Below are positions 59,087 through 64,000 of a stretch of DNA of 64,000 bases, one piece after another. Made by a program: the position numbers and the translations under genes. The first letter of the stretch is position 1. Every line of letters starts with the position of its first letter. The stretch covers positions 32,001 through 96,000 of the forward strand of contig JAHJQN010000008.1 in NCBI GenBank assembly GCA_018819225.1, written 5' to 3'. Below the pieces are notes generated by a model. That model was not told where the DNA came from and searched no databases. It saw only the letters and a list, made by a program, of their open reading frames with translations. The stretch is from Candidatus Micrarchaeota archaeon. Its GTDB lineage: Archaea > Micrarchaeota > Micrarchaeia > Norongarragalinales > SBBD01.

Positions 59087-59590
59087 GTGATTCAATCATG
59101 CAAATTAATTTTCGTAACGGGTGGAACCATTGATAAATCACGATTGGGTTCTCCCACGGTTGGTTACAACGAACAACGCTCGTTCATACTAGATAGGTTG
59201 AATCAAGCATTCGTCACTATACCTCTTTCCATCGAGAACTTAATGAATAAAAGCAGTCGATTAATGACTTCGAAAGATCGCACGTACATCGCGAATAAAT
59301 GCAAAGAAACACCCGAACACCGCATTCTGATCACGCACGGTACCGTAACGATGTCGGACACGGCGAAATTTCTTTGTCGAAAAGTCAAAGGGAAAACGAT
59401 AGTGATGACCGGATCGTTTGTACCATTCAAGATTCAAGGATCCGATGCCCTATTTAATTTAGGTGCCGCGCTGATTGCCGTGCAATCGTTGCCCTCCGGG
59501 GTTTACGTTTGCATGAAAGGAGAGATTTACCAATACAATTTCAAGTATTACCACCACGAAGACCACTATAAGACAAAAAAAGTCTACTAG
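59087..59590 (+). CDS. Short asparaginase-domain protein
   Basis: VTGGTIDK, ITHGTVTM, TGS..P, SDALFNLG, GVYV; start at GTG 59087 or ATG 59051. Confidence 0.8.
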   Translation: MIQSCKLIFVTGGTIDKSRLGSPTVGYNEQRSFILDRLNQAFVTIPLSIENLMNKSSRLMTSKDRTYIANKCKETPEHRILITHGTVTMSDTAKFLCRKVKGKTIVMTGSFVPFKIQGSDALFNLGAALIAVQSLPSGVYVCMKGEIYQYNFKYYHHEDHYKTKKVY

Positions 59591-59606
59591 AAAGACGCGA
59601 CGTGTG

Positions 59607-59818
59607 GCCGACTTTTCTATTATAGAAAAATTAGCCAAAGCGTTCGAGCTCAGATCGTAAAAGTATAGCGACTTTTGATCGACCTTTTTGAAAAGGTCGG
59701 AATGGGCCCGCGGATAACGACCTTTCTTGAAAAGAAAGCTCGACCAAAGAACGGGAGCCAAGAGAGTTCGGATCGAAATCGAGTTACGAATTTTGATCGA
59801 CCTTTTTGAAAAGGTCGG
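59607..59818. repeat. Cluster of palindromic mini-repeats with a duplicated tRNA-Val 3' end
   Basis: 42-bp direct repeat 59673-59714 and 59791-59832 (palindrome plus tRNA 3' end); inverted variants at about 59607-59640 and 59718-59752. Confidence 0.8.
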
Positions 59819-59820
59819 AA

Positions 59821-59892
59821 TGGGCCCGCGGAGAATCGAACTCCGGATCTTTCCCACGTCAAGGGAACGTCTTACCACTCGACTACGGGCCC
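59821..59892 (-). tRNA. tRNA-Val(GAC)
   Basis: GGGCCCG...TTCCC-TT-GAC-GT-GGGAA...CGGAG-TTCGATT-CTCCG-CGGGCCC-A; no intron. Confidence 0.95.
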
Positions 59893-59898
59893 TTTCAA

Positions 59899-60006
59899 TG
59901 GACTCGCCGGGAATACCGCTCCTTTTCTTAAACCATAAGAAAAAGAGAATCGAACCCGGAGTCTCCCCCACGCCAAGGGGGTGTGTTACCGTTACACTAC
60001 GAGCCC
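59899..60006 (-). tRNA. tRNA-Ala(GGC) with 36-nt T-loop intron (59913-59948) at position 59/60
   Basis: Acceptor GGGCTCG/CGAGTCC-A with G3:U70; CCCCC-TT-GGC-GT-GGGGG; T-loop interrupted, with two ATT bulges. Confidence 0.9.
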
Positions 60007-60065
60007 ATGCTTTAAGCTGTGGAAGTGCGTATTCGTTATTTACGGGAAAGCCGAAGAATAAAAGC

Positions 60066-60326
<261 letters not shown>

Positions 60327-61115
60327 TTATTTTTTCTTGCGAAAGATTCCCCCGATTGAATCGAGAATACGTTGCAAGAAACCCTTTTTAACCCTTGGCG
60401 CCTCTGAAACCGGATCGCCCGTCAACCGAGCCGCTAAAACCCGAATGGCTTGAGCGGATTTCGCACTCGGTTTGCGAACGATTAACGGAGACTGAGCAAT
60501 CGTGGATTTGCGCATTTCCACATCCTCCGGAATCACGACCAATACGCGGGCTGAAAGCAACGTTTCCAGATCGCTGGACTTGATCTCGCCCTTATCCCCT
60601 AAGCTCATGTTGACCACAATGCCTGAAATGGAAATATTATTTCTTCCAGCAAAATTGATGACTTTCAATGCGTCGGCTAAACTGGCGGGATCGGGAGTGA
60701 CCACCAATAAAATCTCTCGCGCCGCCATAATCGCATACTCCGAATCCTTGTTCAGGCCCGGCGGCGAGTCGATCAAAACGAAATCCGCGATCGGTTCCAA
60801 ATCCTCGATGGCACTCTTCAATCGATCAAACACGAGCTTATTCACGCGTTCCACCGACAGTGAAGAAGGCACGTACTTGAGCTTGAACGGACCCTCATAC
60901 ACCGAATCGCGAATATTGGTTTCCCCCATGAGCACGTTGTGCAAGCTAATGGGCGCGCGTTCGATACCCAGCATGATGCCCACGTTGGCCATCGACACGT
61001 CCGCATCGACAACGACCACGCGCTTTCCTTGTTGAGATAATATGAGCCCCAAATTAATCGCAATACTCGTTTTTCCCACACCGCCCTTGCCCGATGCCAA
61101 CACGATGCTGCGCAT
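60327..61115 (-). CDS. minD: MinD/ParA-family ATPase
   Basis: SGKGGVGKT, VDAD, LIDSPPG, VVTPD, IPED. Confidence 0.9.
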   Translation of the reverse strand: MRSIVLASGKGGVGKTSIAINLGLILSQQGKRVVVVDADVSMANVGIMLGIERAPISLHNVLMGETNIRDSVYEGPFKLKYVPSSLSVERVNKLVFDRLKSAIEDLEPIADFVLIDSPPGLNKDSEYAIMAAREILLVVTPDPASLADALKVINFAGRNNISISGIVVNMSLGDKGEIKSSDLETLLSARVLVVIPEDVEMRKSTIAQSPLIVRKPSAKSAQAIRVLAARLTGDPVSEAPRVKKGFLQRILDSIGGIFRKKK

Positions 61116-61116
61116 A

Positions 61117-61698
61117 TCATCTCCTTTTTTGAGGCTTCGGCAAGCCCTTCAGTAAATCCTCCTCGAACGGGAGGGGGGATGAAATATCCGAGTGCGAAGT
61201 ATCTGGAGGTGATTCCATTGAAATATCCGCTAACTTATACTTTCGAAGCAACGAATCCTTGTTCTCCACCAAAAGACTGCCGACGGCCTGGACCTCCAAC
61301 TCCTCAGAAAACGAGGGAAACTGAAGCTTGCGCAAGTCGTTCTCCGAAGGAAGACAAATCGCATTTTCATTAAATGCGAGAATTAATTGCACTTGATCGT
61401 TCGACAATTGATAGATATCGATCAACCCCGTCCGCGCCATGGACGCGTTCACCACGCGAATAAACGCGGCGTCGCCGACCATATCCTTGTGATGCATTAA
61501 ATACTCGTAAAATGCCGCAACAATTTTACCGGAATCAAATACGAGCGATCCATCCTCCAACCCGTTCTTTCCTTGAATGGAAATACAGATGTATCCGTTA
61601 AACAGTTTTTGCTTGAGTTCGTGCAGCAACGCCCGAAAATCTATGGCGGCAACGTCGACACCCGTCTTTACCACGGTTCCAGCCGGCAAATTAATCAT
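61117..61698 (-). CDS. DUF2226-like protein, translationally coupled to minD
   Basis: NLPAG, FNGYI, G.L.F..GKIVAA, IDIYQLS, LLRKYKL. Confidence 0.7.
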   Translation of the reverse strand: MINLPAGTVVKTGVDVAAIDFRALLHELKQKLFNGYICISIQGKNGLEDGSLVFDSGKIVAAFYEYLMHHKDMVGDAAFIRVVNASMARTGLIDIYQLSNDQVQLILAFNENAICLPSENDLRKLQFPSFSEELEVQAVGSLLVENKDSLLRKYKLADISMESPPDTSHSDISSPLPFEEDLLKGLPKPQKRR

Positions 61699-61769
61699 GT
61701 CAAGTCCTCCTTCATCATCAATTGTATTCAACGTAGAGTGTAATCAAAGGCATAATAATAAACTACCTT

Positions 61770-63041
61770 TTAAGCCTCTTCCTCTTGCTGCTCCGTTTGC
61801 CGCTTTTGATAAAAGCGGAATGCCAGGAACGCCACCACCGCCAGGAATATGACAAGCAATACGTTACCGTACGGATTGGATTCCTCGGGTTTGGGCGTGG
61901 GGGTGGGCGTCGAGCCCTGCAAACAACGCTCCAGCTGGTCCGCCAAACTATCGGCGAGTGCCACGGATTCGGCGATCTGAAGAGGAACCCGCGAGTACTC
62001 TTCCGCGCTCACGGACGATGCGCTCATCAATTGCTTGATCGGTAACCATTTCTCCTTCAAGGAATTCCGATCCACCTGACAGGCCGCAAAATCCGTTTTA
62101 TATTGATCGGAAAGCAAAGCATCAGGAGAACGCGATAACGCCATAGCCTGGTCATACGCTTGCACGGCTTCCACGTTCGCCTTGCGGAAATAGAAACTCG
62201 TCAACGAGTCATTGACTTGCACGTCCTTGCGAGCCAAACGCGTTTCAAATTCACGTCTTCGAGGCTCCAAGAAGCTCAAGAACGACGCATCGATACCCAC
62301 ATCCCGAACGCTTTCCAACGATGTGGATAAGGTCGAAGCGATTTCACGATCCAAACCCGCTTTCGATACCTCGTTCTGTTTTTCGTCGAGCTTTTGGTGA
62401 TACCGATCCGCGGTTTCCGCTAATTGCTCCAGCGAATTAAACGAGGGAGCGTATTGCTCGTGCGCCAGAATCAAGTCATCCGCAAAAAAACTCTGAGTGA
62501 ACGCATTTTGCGAGGATGCGCCCTCCGCCAGACGATCGCTCGCCAACAGCGCGTAATCTTCCACATCGGACAACGCGAGTTCCAAATCCTCAAATTCGAG
62601 CTCAGGGTAGCTGGCCTGTTGCGCCGTTATCCGATCCAAACCCACCCGTGCATTCGAACGAATCTTTACGATAACGGATTGCGCCACTTGATCCAGCGCA
62701 TCGAATGAGGCTTGACGGTCGTTCAACAATTTCATGAGGTCCAAATGGAAATCCAGCTCGTACGCGTCCATGAGAACGGTTTCACGCGTTTCCAAAACGC
62801 CGGTACCACCCATATCATGAACGACCACGATCAAGTTCTTGGAATCCTTCTGGTCCTGAGGCGAAAAATAGAGGAGCCAGTAGCGTTCACCGGCAAATTC
62901 AATGGGATTAAAGGGGCCGACCACTACGACCTCCCCTTTCAATAAGTATTGAGCCGCAATCGATTTCGCCTGTTCCGACGATATTCCGTGCACGGACAGC
63001 GATAACGCCAAGCACGCGAATAGAAATAGCCGTTTGTCCAT
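61770..63041 (-). CDS. Hypothetical secreted helical protein with PT linker and C-terminal TM
   Basis: Signal peptide, acidic helical body, TPTPTP, TM followed by basic residues. Confidence 0.75.
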   Translation of the reverse strand: MDKRLFLFACLALSLSVHGISSEQAKSIAAQYLLKGEVVVVGPFNPIEFAGERYWLLYFSPQDQKDSKNLIVVVHDMGGTGVLETRETVLMDAYELDFHLDLMKLLNDRQASFDALDQVAQSVIVKIRSNARVGLDRITAQQASYPELEFEDLELALSDVEDYALLASDRLAEGASSQNAFTQSFFADDLILAHEQYAPSFNSLEQLAETADRYHQKLDEKQNEVSKAGLDREIASTLSTSLESVRDVGIDASFLSFLEPRRREFETRLARKDVQVNDSLTSFYFRKANVEAVQAYDQAMALSRSPDALLSDQYKTDFAACQVDRNSLKEKWLPIKQLMSASSVSAEEYSRVPLQIAESVALADSLADQLERCLQGSTPTPTPKPEESNPYGNVLLVIFLAVVAFLAFRFYQKRQTEQQEEEA

Positions 63042-63109
63042 TAAACGAACCCTTTTTATTATTCGAAACGTTTTTGGTTAAAAGCTAGTGAACGCACGCC
63101 CGTATTTAA

Positions 63110-63904
63110 ATGGTTTTGGAAAAGGTAAAAATACCCATGATTCGCATCGTGCTCGTGGAACCCCTTTACCCCGTGAATTTAGGCAGTGTCGCCCGCGTGA
63201 TGGCCAACTTCGGCTGCACCCAGTTATACCTCGTCCGCCCGAAGGTCATCGCGAACGCGGAAGCCATCAAATATGCGAAGCACGCCCGCTCCATTCTGAA
63301 ACGCGCACGAACCGTTGAACACCTTGAGGAGGCGCTCCACGGAATGGATTGGGTGGTGGCGACAACCGGCGTTCCGGCGCGCTACCGTCGAAAACTGAAA
63401 AATTGCTGGACCCCCAAAGAATTCGCGGACCACCGTACAAAAAAAGAGCGCATCGCTCTGGTGTTCGGCAGCGAAGGAACGGGTTTGTCGAAAAGCGATT
63501 TTGATGCCTGCGACGGCGTGGTCAGTATTCCAACGAACCGACGCTACCGCGTCCTGAATTTATCGCACGCCGTGGCCGTCATGCTATACGAACTGTCGTG
63601 CGGCCGAGGAATGCGTACGTACTATAAAACCGCACCCCGGCATAAAATCCGTTTCCTGGAAGGATTATTTGATGAAATCACGTGCGCCATGCCGTCCGTC
63701 AGAGACAAGCAAAAAGTGGCTTCCGCGTTCCGGCAAGTGATTCGACGATCCCGTGTGGCGGATGACGAGATACAAAGTCTATTTGCGGTGTTCGGATCCG
63801 TGAGAAAACGCGTCTCGCCATTGCGTCATAAACGAAATACCATGGTCTGCGCCATGAATTTGTTACCGGAATGGAGTCCCAAGCCAACGAAAAAGAAAAA
63901 ATAG
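63110..63904 (+). CDS. trmJ: TrmJ/TrmH (SPOUT) RNA methyltransferase
   Basis: IVLVEP...NLGSVARVMANFG, LVFGSEGTGL, LNLSHAV. Confidence 0.88.
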   Translation: MVLEKVKIPMIRIVLVEPLYPVNLGSVARVMANFGCTQLYLVRPKVIANAEAIKYAKHARSILKRARTVEHLEEALHGMDWVVATTGVPARYRRKLKNCWTPKEFADHRTKKERIALVFGSEGTGLSKSDFDACDGVVSIPTNRRYRVLNLSHAVAVMLYELSCGRGMRTYYKTAPRHKIRFLEGLFDEITCAMPSVRDKQKVASAFRQVIRRSRVADDEIQSLFAVFGSVRKRVSPLRHKRNTMVCAMNLLPEWSPKPTKKKK

Positions 63905-64000
63905 TTAGGCGGGTGATGGCGTCGTGGCAGAATCCTCCGCTTTCGCCTCGCTATCGTTCGCATCCGTCGGGCCATCCGGAGTGCTTTCCTTGGACTCCAC
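63905..64000 (-). CDS. 3' end of a CDS running off the window
   Basis: Open frame ...PTDANDSEAKAEDSATTPSPA* ending at TAA 63905-63907. Confidence 0.4.
   Translation of the reverse strand: MESKESTPDGPTDANDSEAKAEDSATTPSPA

Overview
Archaeal chromosomal window. Gene content and style (archaeal MAT, PolB3, LonB, CarS, Trm5, S26e, Lsm, many Pro/Thr-linker lipoproteins, orphan PEP-mobile-domain proteins) suggest a DPANN lineage such as Micrarchaeota; this assignment is inference. Most genes are housekeeping: two tandem FtsZ2-like genes, a PRC-barrel gene, SMC, MinD, PolB, DNA ligase, RNase Z, UppS, MAP, TldD, antiporters and three tRNA genes. The most notable signals are: (1) a stand-alone C-terminal half of LonB protease that starts with a 41-aa intein C-fragment and has its own promoter and RBS, i.e. 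a candidate naturally split, trans-splicing intein; (2) an operon of five small unknown membrane proteins in an A-B-C-A'-B' paralogue pattern; (3) two tRNAs with non-canonically placed BHB/BHL introns (36/37 and 59/60) that carry related T/A-tract hairpins, linked to a palindromic mini-repeat family clustered at tRNA 3' ends and at a duplicated gene start; (4) a frame-broken protein gene whose frame is restored by a 17-nt BHB-like excision, a candidate mRNA intron; (5) an AT-rich membrane-protein islet flanked by tRNA-3'-like direct repeats. No CRISPR array, rRNA, integrase or transposase was recognised.
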